IMG/VR virus record: IMGVR_UViG_3300042518_001860
Location: 1-64,000 of that record
Origin: a virus
Reading direction: 5' to 3' (one strand)
DNA: 64,000 bases
Shown: in pieces, positions 54,702 to 64,000 of the stretch
Numbering within the stretch: the stretch's first letter is position 1
How the letters are laid out: each line of letters starts with the position of its first letter
The notes under the pieces: generated by a model
The model's input: only the letters and a program-made list of their open reading frames with translations
Told to the model about the DNA's origin: nothing
Databases searched by the model: none
Made by a program: the position numbers and the translations under genes

Positions 54702-55087
54702 ATCGCGACTGTGGACTTAAGTTCCCCTTCCAATTCTCCAATGGTCGTGCTGCTACCGTCGGTGGAGTGGAGACAAACGGTAGTCGAGATGAGGCTGTGA
54801 AGGTATGTGCCGAGCATATCCTTCTCACAGAGAAGCGTGAGCGGGTCATGTTCTGTGAGGTCGGAGCAGGGCTCGGTCGATTCCTCTTCGATGTCCTGCC
54901 GGGCGCCGAGAATTTCATCGTCCTCGAGGCGAGGGAGGCCATGAAGCGTTCTTGTCCTCGCGCTGTCATCGGCTCATTCAAGTATCAGATGGATCATGCG
55001 CGTGGTATCGTTGCCCTTTCCTGTGCGGTACGCCACAATGACTCGACCCAAGAGTCTGTGGTCCGCGCTGTGGTGAGGACAAACTGA
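54698..55087 (+). CDS. Baseplate gp25-like protein
   Basis: GLKFPF...ILLTEKRERVM...GAGL..FLF. Confidence 0.88.
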   Translation: MNRDCGLKFPFQFSNGRAATVGGVETNGSRDEAVKVCAEHILLTEKRERVMFCEVGAGLGRFLFDVLPGAENFIVLEAREAMKRSCPRAVIGSFKYQMDHARGIVALSCAVRHNDSTQESVVRAVVRTN

Positions 55088-56826
55088 TGGCCATCAACAT
55101 CCCTCCGAACCTGACCTCGGGGAATATCCGACGAGACTTCGAGGCCATCTGGGCGGACCTTCGGAGGATGATCCCGCAGGTCGCCCCTGAGTGGACCTAC
55201 TACGAGGATGATGACGTCGGAGCAGCGCTACTTCAGTTCGCCGCCTACTTGGCGGATCACGCGCATTACCGCGCTGATGCTGTCATGCGAGATGCAGTAC
55301 CTACGCGCTCCCCATTTCGGGAGACTGTGCGGGAGTTTGCGGAGTGGCTTGGTTACCTTGCCCGCCGTCCAACAGCCGCCGAGGTAGACGTCACCTTCTC
55401 TATTGAGACCGCCCTCGCCGACGACCTCAGTATCCCTGTTGGTACTCGAGTATCCGGCACTGGGCCTTCTGGGTCTGTCACCTTCGAGACCACGGATGAG
55501 GTCATCCTTCCTGCCGGAGCCACCTCGGTCGGGGCGCATGTCGCTCAAGGGACAACCCGGAGTGGCGCGCTTCTAGGGTATGCCACAGGCTCGAGCTTCG
55601 AGAAGTTCGCCATCCCCGACGCGGATTGTTTGTTCAACTGGCTCGATGAAGAGATCGTAGTGACAGTTGACGGCGCGGAGGCGAACCACTACCGATGGCC
55701 GGCACTCCTGACCTCTGACGTGTTGGGGTTCTGGGTCCGTCAAAACGGCTCAGGGCTCCTCGAGATCCGTTTTGGGGACGGGACCTTCGGGAGGAGTCTT
55801 CCGCCCGGAGCGGAGGTGCGCGCCACCTACCGACGTGGTGGGGGTTCTGTCGGGAACGTTGGTGCCGGCGCCGTCGATACGGTCCTGAGCTCTGTGGAGG
55901 ATGCTGAGGGGACTCCTGTCACCCTGACCGTCACGAATGACAGCATGGCCGCCCCCGGGCTCCCGGAGGAGACCTTGGCGAGCATCCGGGGGAACGCCCC
56001 TGCGTTCTTCCGTTCCCAGAACCGCGCCGTCACGGTCAACGATTATGCGGTGCTGGCCATGATGGTGACTGGGGTATTCAAGGCCCGCATTGTGACCAGC
56101 GGGGTCAATGGTGTTCGTATCGCGATTGTTCCCACTGGCCTGTCGACCGGCGTACGGGTAACCGACACTCTGAAGGCGCGCGTAGTCCGCGCGCTTGACC
56201 CTGTCAAGATGGCCACTGATGTGGTCTCTGCCGAAGCTGCGAGGCTCATCCCGGTTGACGTCGAACTCGTTGTTCGGGCGCATCCGGGTAAGCGGAATGG
56301 AGTCGTCCGGGAGGCGATCCGCCAGCGATTCATTAGTGACGAGGGAATCTTTGCCGAGGAGGTCAATGACCTTGGCCGGACCCTGTGGTTCAGCGACATG
56401 GTAGGAAGCATTGAAGCTGTTGACGGAGTCAACAATTTCGATGTCGTGCGATACTGTCGCCGCCCGGTGTTGACCTGGGACACCTACCTCGGAGATGCAG
56501 GGCTCTCTAGTTCCGGGGTGACGACCAACGCCACGACCCAGGCTCAAACCTGGACGATCACCATGGTCAACTCGACGGAGTTCATTGTCGAGGGAAGCGT
56601 CTCTGGCGCCCAAGAGAACACCGGTACTTTGGGTGCTGTGTACTCAGACGATGCGGGCGAGATCTCTTTCACGATTGATGCCGGTCTTGTTGATCTGGCA
56701 GAGAACGATTCTGGTACTATCGTGGTCGGCAAACTCGTTGGGAACATCGAGATTGCACAGGATGAGTTCCCCATCTTCGACTCGAAGAGTACGCGAATTC
56801 GAGTCAGCGGAGGCATCGGAGCTTGA
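55087..56826 (+). CDS. Baseplate wedge protein (J/gp6-like)
   Basis: RDFEAI...PEWT...IRFGDG..G...GNVGA...RAVTVNDY. Confidence 0.92.
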   Translation: MAINIPPNLTSGNIRRDFEAIWADLRRMIPQVAPEWTYYEDDDVGAALLQFAAYLADHAHYRADAVMRDAVPTRSPFRETVREFAEWLGYLARRPTAAEVDVTFSIETALADDLSIPVGTRVSGTGPSGSVTFETTDEVILPAGATSVGAHVAQGTTRSGALLGYATGSSFEKFAIPDADCLFNWLDEEIVVTVDGAEANHYRWPALLTSDVLGFWVRQNGSGLLEIRFGDGTFGRSLPPGAEVRATYRRGGGSVGNVGAGAVDTVLSSVEDAEGTPVTLTVTNDSMAAPGLPEETLASIRGNAPAFFRSQNRAVTVNDYAVLAMMVTGVFKARIVTSGVNGVRIAIVPTGLSTGVRVTDTLKARVVRALDPVKMATDVVSAEAARLIPVDVELVVRAHPGKRNGVVREAIRQRFISDEGIFAEEVNDLGRTLWFSDMVGSIEAVDGVNNFDVVRYCRRPVLTWDTYLGDAGLSSSGVTTNATTQAQTWTITMVNSTEFIVEGSVSGAQENTGTLGAVYSDDAGEISFTIDAGLVDLAENDSGTIVVGKLVGNIEIAQDEFPIFDSKSTRIRVSGGIGA

Positions 56827-57731
56827 GTACCACCACCTACTACAGCATCCAACTCCCTGGTGAGGGGGATCAGGATTGGGTGACCAAGCTCAATCAAGCC
56901 CTCGCCACCATCACGGAGAAGATGGTCCGCAACCAGATGCCTTCCAGCGCCACCCTGCGTTGGGGAGACATCTCAGGCGGGAACTACATCGAGGTGTCCT
57001 CCACGGACGGCGTGAAGATTGTAGGCGGACTCCACCACGGGACCACTCCAGGTCGCAGTCTCCGACTGCCTCAGGGCGAGGAGTTCCCCAGCGACCCGGC
57101 GGTGGGGCAGGTCTTCCTCCGTTCCGACGAGGGGCTGCTGTACTTCTACTATGATGGGGACTGGCAGGCACTCAGCAACCCGAGCAGCGAGTCCGTTTCG
57201 GCCGCTGGTGGCCTCCTCGTCACTGACCTCGGGACCGACTTGGGCGGCATTGTAGTTTCAGATGGTGAAGGCGCCACCGAGATCGTCGCGCCTGGAGCGG
57301 ACAATACTGTTCTGGCCAGCGCCTCTGAATCGACCACCGGGTGGGCCCTGCGCACCGTGCTGCAGCTCCTCGGCTTCGCACTCGCCAAAGGCGAGCTAGC
57401 TGTAGGCGTAGGCTCTGAGACTGCGGAACCCCTGGAGCCTGGCGCTGATGGTGAGGTCCTCGTCGCAGACGCCGACGAAGACCAGGGGTTGCGCTGGGCT
57501 TCAGTTGCGGCATTGGTCAACGAGTTCTTTTCTACCAAGGGGCAGATACTGGCGCGGGGCGCTTCGGACCCTGTTGCTGTTGATGCTCCAGCCTCGAACA
57601 ACCAAGTCCTCATCTCGGACAGCTCGGCAGGCGCGGGTGCGCGGTGGGCTGACCAATCCGAACTGGGGGCCCTCCCCGGGACACGAACGCGCGTGGCAGG
57701 AGATCTCTACCTGTACGCCAACTACCTCTGA
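56823..57731 (+). CDS. Short tail fibre-like protein
   Basis: Repeated KG.l.v...GADG.VL.AD....GLRW units. Confidence 0.7.
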   Translation: MSTTTYYSIQLPGEGDQDWVTKLNQALATITEKMVRNQMPSSATLRWGDISGGNYIEVSSTDGVKIVGGLHHGTTPGRSLRLPQGEEFPSDPAVGQVFLRSDEGLLYFYYDGDWQALSNPSSESVSAAGGLLVTDLGTDLGGIVVSDGEGATEIVAPGADNTVLASASESTTGWALRTVLQLLGFALAKGELAVGVGSETAEPLEPGADGEVLVADADEDQGLRWASVAALVNEFFSTKGQILARGASDPVAVDAPASNNQVLISDSSAGAGARWADQSELGALPGTRTRVAGDLYLYANYL

Positions 57732-57740
57732 GAGAGCGTC

Positions 57741-58157
57741 ATGGCAGAGAGCGCAAACTTCATTCAGACTCCGAACAACGTGTCAATCCGGATCGACTCG
57801 GGCGACTCCCTGGAGACACTGGATTGGCAAGCCGGGGCGAACGGCGGGCGTCTTCGGCAGATCTATGTTCGCGTGGAGGCAGATCAAGATGTGGTAGTGG
57901 CCGTCGCGATCAAGATTGGGAACCTCATCTGGCCATTCCTTCGAACTATTCCAGCCTCCATCCCGACGACTTCTGTGGCGACCGACACTTCTCCACCCAC
58001 CGCGTTGCTGCACGTCGGGTCTCTTCCGCACCTTTCGGAAGAGAACGACAATCGTGGCCTGAATTTCGCGGAAGGGGATGGGGTGCGAATGCACATTCTC
58101 ACGGAACTCGATGCGGGGGAGTACGTCTACTTCTTTGCCTTCGGGGATGACTACTGA
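57741..58157 (+). CDS. Hypothetical structural protein
   Basis: ORF within the tail module. Confidence 0.65.
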   Translation: MAESANFIQTPNNVSIRIDSGDSLETLDWQAGANGGRLRQIYVRVEADQDVVVAVAIKIGNLIWPFLRTIPASIPTTSVATDTSPPTALLHVGSLPHLSEENDNRGLNFAEGDGVRMHILTELDAGEYVYFFAFGDDY

Positions 58158-58909
58158 TGCGACCACCCTTTCCCATCAAGGATGTCGCTCGTCTGAGTTA
58201 CCGCTTCCTCGATGAGGAAGGGTTGGTGGCCGACCCCCGTGACATCCGGCGCTTCACCGAGGCGCACGTCCGCGCGGACGCCGGAGACCCGGTATTGGGG
58301 GCCTTCCGACCATATGATATCCCAGTCAGCGTGATCACAAGTGTGACTCGAGGTGTCCTACGCCTCGGTGGTGCCGCAACGTTGGCGCCCATCGCCATGC
58401 GAACGGGTTCTGTAGAACTCGACGTTGTCTGCGAGGTGGGGCTCACGCCGGGGTTGGCAGACGCCAGTCACAACACTTTCGTTGGTTGCTTCATCGGAGT
58501 GGGTGATGATGCGGCCTTCGTTGCCCTCCATCGTGAAGGTGCGGACCGATATCTGACCGTCCATGACCCTGACGGCGGCGGTGCTGACTTTGAGATGCCC
58601 GTAGTCGTGGCTCGAAGTGGGACTATTGACTTGACTGATATGACAGTCTCGCAGGATGCCGTCTCCGCAACATCACCCCTCATTTGGGGTACACATGCGC
58701 TCCTTCGACTGCGGCGCAAGGCTACAATGATCAAGTCGTGGGTCTCAATGGACCGCGGCCACTCTTGGAACGCGGTGGGCTCGGACACCTTCATTGATGA
58801 CGAGACCGAAGCCGTTCTGGGCTTGTGCATTTCTGACTCAGAAGGAGCCGCCAGTCGTTTCTACGGCGTCAAGTTCCTCAACCCTGCAAGTGATGTTGGT
58901 CTGGACTGA
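58157..58909 (+). CDS. Hypothetical structural protein (beta-rich, lectin-like)
   Basis: LLRLRRK...SWVSMD.G.SW. Confidence 0.6.
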   Translation: MRPPFPIKDVARLSYRFLDEEGLVADPRDIRRFTEAHVRADAGDPVLGAFRPYDIPVSVITSVTRGVLRLGGAATLAPIAMRTGSVELDVVCEVGLTPGLADASHNTFVGCFIGVGDDAAFVALHREGADRYLTVHDPDGGGADFEMPVVVARSGTIDLTDMTVSQDAVSATSPLIWGTHALLRLRRKATMIKSWVSMDRGHSWNAVGSDTFIDDETEAVLGLCISDSEGAASRFYGVKFLNPASDVGLD

Positions 58910-58912
58910 CTC

Positions 58913-60136
58913 ATGCCTCTCGGCCCTTACGGACAGGATCTCTACGGCGTCGGGGAAGAAGCGTACCCGTATGCTCTTAGGTCCTTCTCCGTCCGACCTG
59001 GAATGCAAGGCCCGCAGGTTGTCCTCACCTGGGGGCAGCCGAGTCTCCCTATTGCTGCCCTCGAGATCCGCCGTAAGTTGGGGGAATATCCCAGGGACAT
59101 GGAAGATGGCACCCTTGTTGTTCGTGAGGAGGGTGACCCCAGTTCACTTTCGAGCTTCGTAGACGTCAGCAGTACTCTCCTCCCCGACGCCGAGCCGGGA
59201 GAGTCTCAGTGGTGGTACTACCGCGCCTTCACGCTTCCTAAAGCTGGCGCGCTGAGTTCACAGTTTGGAGACGCCGCCTACAAGAAGTTCGTCTTCTCCG
59301 GGGTTGGGTCTCGCCCCACCACAGATGCAATTCCTACTCTTGGGAAGATGCCCCTAGCTTACCACGTCCAAAACGATGGGGGTGGCATTGCAGGTCTGCA
59401 GATCCAAACGGCGCCTACTTCGGGGGGTCCTTGGATCACTGTAAACTCATTTGGAGTTGGAGCAGGTGCCACCGCCCGCGTTGAGGTGGCATCCTGCCTA
59501 GAGTATGTCCGTCTGCGGTGGGCTGCAGGCACGGGGACCCTTTACGCTTGGATGGTCGTTCACAATCCCCCGACATGGGGGACAGGGCAAGAAATGTGCG
59601 CCCCTGCCCTTGTTTTCAAGACAGGCAAGCACATGCGCGCTGCGATTGAGGGTGGTCACCTCCCTCACGTCTACCTCGACTACGACGTCATCAACGCCAC
59701 CTCAGTCCAAGAGAGTGAGGGGGAAGACGGGGAGATCTTCAACTTCGGCGAGGATGGGCAGGCTCGAGGGCACCTCTGGAAGTTCCTCTGCATTATGCTC
59801 GCCGAGTTTGACCGGGTGGATGCCTACCTGCGAGCTGTGACCCAATACGCGCCCGACATCGACAACATGCCGGAGATGCTGTTCGCCCACGTTGCGCACC
59901 AGCTTGGTTACCCTCTTGAGCAGGGGGAAAGAGCACTTGATGATCTCCGCGCGGAGCTCTTCCGCGTGGCAGGTGTCTGGAAGGCAAAAGGGACTTCTAC
60001 CCTCGTCCTCGCCGCTTGTCGACAGGTGTTTGGCCTCGTCCCGCGTGTACAGGAAGGTGCCGGCCGAGTGTTTCGGGTGGCAGATCCAGACCTCTATGGT
60101 AGAGTCTACGACAGCAACGACTCCATCGGCGACTGA
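58913..60136 (+). CDS. Baseplate wedge/tail protein with P2 gpI-like C-terminus
   Basis: DIDNMPEMLFAHVAHQLG...WKAKGT. Confidence 0.7.
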   Translation: MPLGPYGQDLYGVGEEAYPYALRSFSVRPGMQGPQVVLTWGQPSLPIAALEIRRKLGEYPRDMEDGTLVVREEGDPSSLSSFVDVSSTLLPDAEPGESQWWYYRAFTLPKAGALSSQFGDAAYKKFVFSGVGSRPTTDAIPTLGKMPLAYHVQNDGGGIAGLQIQTAPTSGGPWITVNSFGVGAGATARVEVASCLEYVRLRWAAGTGTLYAWMVVHNPPTWGTGQEMCAPALVFKTGKHMRAAIEGGHLPHVYLDYDVINATSVQESEGEDGEIFNFGEDGQARGHLWKFLCIMLAEFDRVDAYLRAVTQYAPDIDNMPEMLFAHVAHQLGYPLEQGERALDDLRAELFRVAGVWKAKGTSTLVLAACRQVFGLVPRVQEGAGRVFRVADPDLYGRVYDSNDSIGD

Positions 60137-60138
60137 AC

Positions 60139-60720
60139 ATGGCCCACAGCATCGAAATCCTGAGTGACCCTCTCCAGTTCAACGACCGCGCCTGGCGGCT
60201 CGTAGCTGCCACCGTGGACAACAGCGGGCAGCGGAAGAATGGCAGGGCATTGACCGCTGCCATCTTCAAGCTCGAGGATGAGACGTGGTGGAACGCTACT
60301 ACGAATGCGTGGCAGGCCATTCGTGTCGAGAACGATATGACTGAAACTGCGCTCGTCGGTCTGCACACTCTCGTGCTGGACAGCACAGAGCTCTCGCCGA
60401 CGGGGGCGGAACTCAACCTCGTTGTTGAAGTCACGATTGACGACCCCGCAGGTCACTCTCACATCCACTGTGTTCACTTGCGGAACAGTCTCGGTTCTTT
60501 CCCCATCGAAGACGAGGCCGCCCCTAGCGCCATCACGACAGTGGCTCAACTCTTCAATGCGCTGGCTGCCGTCGTGGCGAACAATATGTTCATTGACGAC
60601 AGCGCGAAGCAGCTCATCATCTACCAGTCTGATGGTGAGACGGCTGCACTGACTTTCGACCTCAAGGATGCTGCCGGACTGCCTTCCACGCTCGAGCCCT
60701 TCATTCGCACGAGGGCGTGA
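60139..60720 (+). CDS. Hypothetical structural protein
   Basis: ORF within the tail module. Confidence 0.65.
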   Translation: MAHSIEILSDPLQFNDRAWRLVAATVDNSGQRKNGRALTAAIFKLEDETWWNATTNAWQAIRVENDMTETALVGLHTLVLDSTELSPTGAELNLVVEVTIDDPAGHSHIHCVHLRNSLGSFPIEDEAAPSAITTVAQLFNALAAVVANNMFIDDSAKQLIIYQSDGETAALTFDLKDAAGLPSTLEPFIRTRA

Positions 60721-61091
60721 TGGGTCTGTTGACCTTCGGCTTTGGGCCACGGCAACGCCTCGTCTCAGGAGGCCTGGGTCAGCGCGTGCAGCAGACTGCG
60801 CACCCCTCCTGGTTCAACACCCCCGTGGTCGACCCGGACAACTACGCATCGGACCGAATGGGGCAGGATGGCGATCCCGAGTATGCTGTCTTCACCCCTG
60901 ACCCAGATTGCGTGTACAATGCTCGCGCACTTGAAATCTATTTGCCCCAGGATGTGCCGCTGCCTCCGGGTAGCATGGACCGTATCTTGAACCAGATGCG
61001 GCTCATGCGTCCGGCGACATGCACGATTCGCGTCACGGAGAGTCGCGGCCCAGAGCGCCTCCTGATGCCTGCTTCGCGAGGTGAAGAATGA
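60717..61091 (+). CDS. Hypothetical baseplate-associated protein
   Basis: C-terminal RILNQMRLMRPA. Confidence 0.6.
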   Translation: MMGLLTFGFGPRQRLVSGGLGQRVQQTAHPSWFNTPVVDPDNYASDRMGQDGDPEYAVFTPDPDCVYNARALEIYLPQDVPLPPGSMDRILNQMRLMRPATCTIRVTESRGPERLLMPASRGEE

Positions 61092-64000
61092 GCACTGGCT
61101 CCTACTATCGGTTCGGCCTTCACAACGAGCGCGCCCACAGGCAGTCGATCCTGCTGCAGCGCAGTCGGAACGGTCGTCCGGTCTACGTCGAGAGTGCAGA
61201 CTTCACCGACTGGGCACGGATCATCCGCAAGCAGATCAACCGCGTTGCGCGCCTTCATCGGAGGGGCGTGAATGGGGAGGGTGCGTGGGCGCTCCTGCCA
61301 GACCCGAGCAGCCCGAACAACAACTTCTGGATCGGCGGCGGGGAGAACACAGACGCCACCGCTAAGGAGGCTTGGGTCGGCGGGTTCTGCGCTTTGATGC
61401 ACCGCACAGTCAGCTTCGACGCACTCCGTTCTGGAGAGTTCAGTGAGCTTGACGCCGCCTGTATCCACCACAAGGCCACCTCGACTGCGGCCGGTCAGAT
61501 CGTGGACCGCAAATCGAAATTCGGGATCAACGCACTTGTGGGCTTCACCGTTCATGTCGAAGGCGCTGGTGACTTCGAGGTGAGCAGCAATACTGCCACG
61601 GTCATCCATCTCGATGGGTTTGACCCTGCAGATTACCCAGACTTGCCCGCCCGTCCTTGGTATTGGGTTCCCCCGCAGACCCTCGAGGCGGAGACTGAGT
61701 GCCAAGTCTACCTCGATGTCCATCTCGAGGATTGGGGCATGGAGGAGGACCCTGCGCTGAATCATAATGCAGGTGGCTCCCCCGTCGAGTGCGCGCGCCG
61801 CGAGGTTCTCGTTCGCAAGGTCTGGATTCGGCAGAACACGACCACGCCCGAACTTCCCATCGAGGACTATGTCGACGCCACGCAGGCGCAGCATTACGTC
61901 CTGTACCTCGGTTCCATCACACGCCGAGCGGATGTGGATGCAATCGCTGAAGAGGATATTGATCTCGAGGATGTTGAGATCTTTGCTGCCTCTGGTGATG
62001 AGCTGGACTTGGCCCGTGACTTTGCCCACTTCGATGTGGGAGCCGATCACGATGACGACGGTGAATTCCCCCTCCAGCCTCGCAACCTCGCGGAACGACT
62101 GTCGCGGGAAGACTCGTGGATCGTGGTCGGTCCTACTGGGGACCCGGGCATCTATACCGGACATCTCGGTTTGCAGGATGCTCTCGAGCTTCCTGGCACC
62201 CACACCATCTTCCTGCGCAACGGGATCTATCCCATCTCCAAGGACCTGGTGATTAGCAGTAGGTTTACCATCATTGGAGAGTCCAAGCAGGCCATCATCT
62301 CCTTCAACACGACCTCATACGGAATCACCGTGGAAGGTCGCGCCCGCCTCGAAAACCTTACAATTCAGGCCAGTGGCTCCGCGGACCGCGCCTGTGTGTT
62401 CCTCGGTCGGAACGCGGTTGTGGACTCCTGCTGGTTCTATCACGGTGGCTCTTCATCCCACCCGTTTGTGCGCGTAACCCGGGATGCTTCTACCGGAGGT
62501 GGCGGTACAGTCTTCCGAGATTGCCAGTTCCGTGGAAGTGGGCCATTGCTTCGTGTCGAGTCTGAGTCTACTTCGGCTCGGGCCTCATCAATGGACGTCA
62601 CGGGCACCTCTCCTCTGGCCGCTGATAATACCGCCTCCACTCGGCATCTACTCGGCGTGGACTTTGAGCGATGCAAGTTCTATCGGACCAGTAGCGCAGG
62701 CGCGAACCCTGACGAGGCTAACACGGCCGCGGTGCAGGTTCGTGGGGGCGGGGATCTCGGCTTCTCTCGATGTTTCTTTGCTGGCCTGGATGCCCCCGTT
62801 CTTCATGTAGGCTATGCCAACTTCAAAGACAACGCGGACTACATTGGACAGGTGACCCTCGACCGCTGCCACTTCTTGGCACTCTGTGTCGCGGGTAGTG
62901 CCTACACCACCGCCAGCTTGGTCAACCATACGAGCGGCTACGCTGCGTTCCTTGACTGCTCTTGGAGCAGTACCCGCCCCCTGGGTGACGACTCTCCCGG
63001 TCCGCGTCGACTGCTCGAGACCTACCTCAGCGGTGACCGCAACGGCGGCCTGTCCATCAAGGGCGGGCGTATGCTGGTGCGCGGCAACGATGACGCCTTC
63101 CAGCTTCTCGCTGGGTTGAGCGTCCGCATCACAGGGAGCGGGATGCAGGCCTCGGTGGATGGACTTGAGCTCTGGCAGGAGGACCTGCGCATTGGCGCCC
63201 TGGCTTTCTCCTCTTGCACCTCTGAAGAGTCCAGTATCACCTTTAGCAACGTCATGTGCAGTATCAGCAACGCGACGAATGCTATCTGGTGGTCAGGTAA
63301 CACCCATCTGCACAATATCGAAGTCAACTCGAGTCGGATGTCGTCTGATCCAGAGACCAACGTTGCGACCTGCACTTCAGTGGCTGCACTGCTCTTCACC
63401 ACGACAGACGTCTTTGGGGATCTCACACACGATCTCCCCCTACGTCCCAGTGGCTCCTCTTTGCGTGTCATTCGCCATCCCTACGCGGGCGTAGCAGCAA
63501 GAGGTGCGGGTGTCTCTGGCTCGACAGAGGTGCAGCTCTCGGACTTGGTTGTTGACGGGCTCTTCAATGGCAGTGCCGTCACCTCCTATGGCATCATCGT
63601 GCGCAACATTCGCGGCGCTGAGATCCGTGGCGCCCACATCAGCGGTGTCCAGTTCACTGGCGTCTATGACGAAGACCACATCACGAGGATGTCTGGGATC
63701 TCGGTTTCCGGCTTTGCGGAGGCCTACCGAAACTCAGAGAACTACGGGCTTTTTAGCGAAGGTTCCGGGGCTCCGGCGTGGGAAGCCGCTGCGCAGCCCT
63801 ATGTGGAGCGCAAGAGTGGGGTCTATGGGGCGAAGTCGATCTCTGGTCTTCGCGTCTTCCCGTGTCCCGAACTGAGTAATCGATCTGGAGCCATTGCACT
63901 CACAATGCTGCCAGGTCATCTCGGCCCTGTTCATGCTTCTGTCGAGCAGGTAGAAGGGGCCACGGTTGGTGCGTGGCTCACAGCTATCGGCGCCGCCGGG
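61088..64000 (+). CDS. Tailspike/receptor-binding protein with right-handed beta-helix; runs off the window
   Basis: Manual translation from ATG 61088 (MSTGSYYRFG...), frame spot-checked open to the end; VYLDV...EEDPAL anchor; LQDALE...TIFLRNGIY...TIIGES pectate-lyase-like start. Confidence 0.8.
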   Translation, partial: MSTGSYYRFGLHNERAHRQSILLQRSRNGRPVYVESADFTDWARIIRKQINRVARLHRRGVNGEGAWALLPDPSSPNNNFWIGGGENTDATAKEAWVGGFCALMHRTVSFDALRSGEFSELDAACIHHKATSTAAGQIVDRKSKFGINALVGFTVHVEGAGDFEVSSNTATVIHLDGFDPADYPDLPARPWYWVPPQTLEAETECQVYLDVHLEDWGMEEDPALNHNAGGSPVECARREVLVRKVWIRQNTTTPELPIEDYVDATQAQHYVLYLGSITRRADVDAIAEEDIDLEDVEIFAASGDELDLARDFAHFDVGADHDDDGEFPLQPRNLAERLSREDSWIVVGPTGDPGIYTGHLGLQDALELPGTHTIFLRNGIYPISKDLVISSRFTIIGESKQAIISFNTTSYGITVEGRARLENLTIQASGSADRACVFLGRNAVVDSCWFYHGGSSSHPFVRVTRDASTGGGGTVFRDCQFRGSGPLLRVESESTSARASSMDVTGTSPLAADNTASTRHLLGVDFERCKFYRTSSAGANPDEANTAAVQVRGGGDLGFSRCFFAGLDAPVLHVGYANFKDNADYIGQVTLDRCHFLALCVAGSAYTTASLVNHTSGYAAFLDCSWSSTRPLGDDSPGPRRLLETYLSGDRNGGLSIKGGRMLVRGNDDAFQLLAGLSVRITGSGMQASVDGLELWQEDLRIGALAFSSCTSEESSITFSNVMCSISNATNAIWWSGNTHLHNIEVNSSRMSSDPETNVATCTSVAALLFTTTDVFGDLTHDLPLRPSGSSLRVIRHPYAGVAARGAGVSGSTEVQLSDLVVDGLFNGSAVTSYGIIVRNIRGAEIRGAHISGVQFTGVYDEDHITRMSGISVSGFAEAYRNSENYGLFSEGSGAPAWEAAAQPYVERKSGVYGAKSISGLRVFPCPELSNRSGAIALTMLPGHLGPVHASVEQVEGATVGAWLTAIGAAG

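Noticed and set aside
41213-56826. Stand-alone contractile injection system or tailocin
   Set aside because: Contiguous with terminase, portal, capsid and a long tape measure gene, so it is a phage tail
1-64000. tRNA/rRNA genes, integrase, transposase, genome-wide stop-codon reassignment
   Set aside because: None recognised by eye; genes tile densely under the standard code and all three stops are used. A tRNAscan/Infernal run would be needed to exclude small RNAs

Overview
High-GC segment of a large tailed dsDNA bacteriophage with a contractile tail (myovirus morphotype). A minus-strand gene with (VES-AP)n repeats runs off the left edge. It is followed by a ~1.2 kb divergent non-coding control region with sigma54-like motifs, a 35-bp direct repeat and a T-rich tract. 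Everything else is on the + strand. 1.4-24.7 kb is an early/accessory region: many small hypotheticals, two pentapeptide-repeat proteins, a sirtuin, an SGNH hydrolase, MazG-like proteins, a DEDD exonuclease, ThyX, RdgC, an SLT transglycosylase, a complete two-component pair, thymidine kinase, and a signal-peptide-bearing glycine-rich fibre-like protein. 24.7-64 kb is a morphogenesis module in the order terminase, portal, split protease/scaffold, major capsid, decoration/neck, sheath, tube, frameshifted chaperone, tape measure, baseplate, and a beta-helix tailspike running off the right edge. Most notable: (1) a cassette of SLT, holin-like membrane protein, receiver and intramembrane histidine kinase whose H-box is atypical; (2) duplicated face-to-face sigma54-like motifs; (3) a recurrent operator-like motif at early promoters; (4) a DnaJ-type zinc finger inserted in the terminase nuclease domain. 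A Myxococcota/deltaproteobacterial host is my inference only. All calls are from motif recognition by eye; no searches were run.
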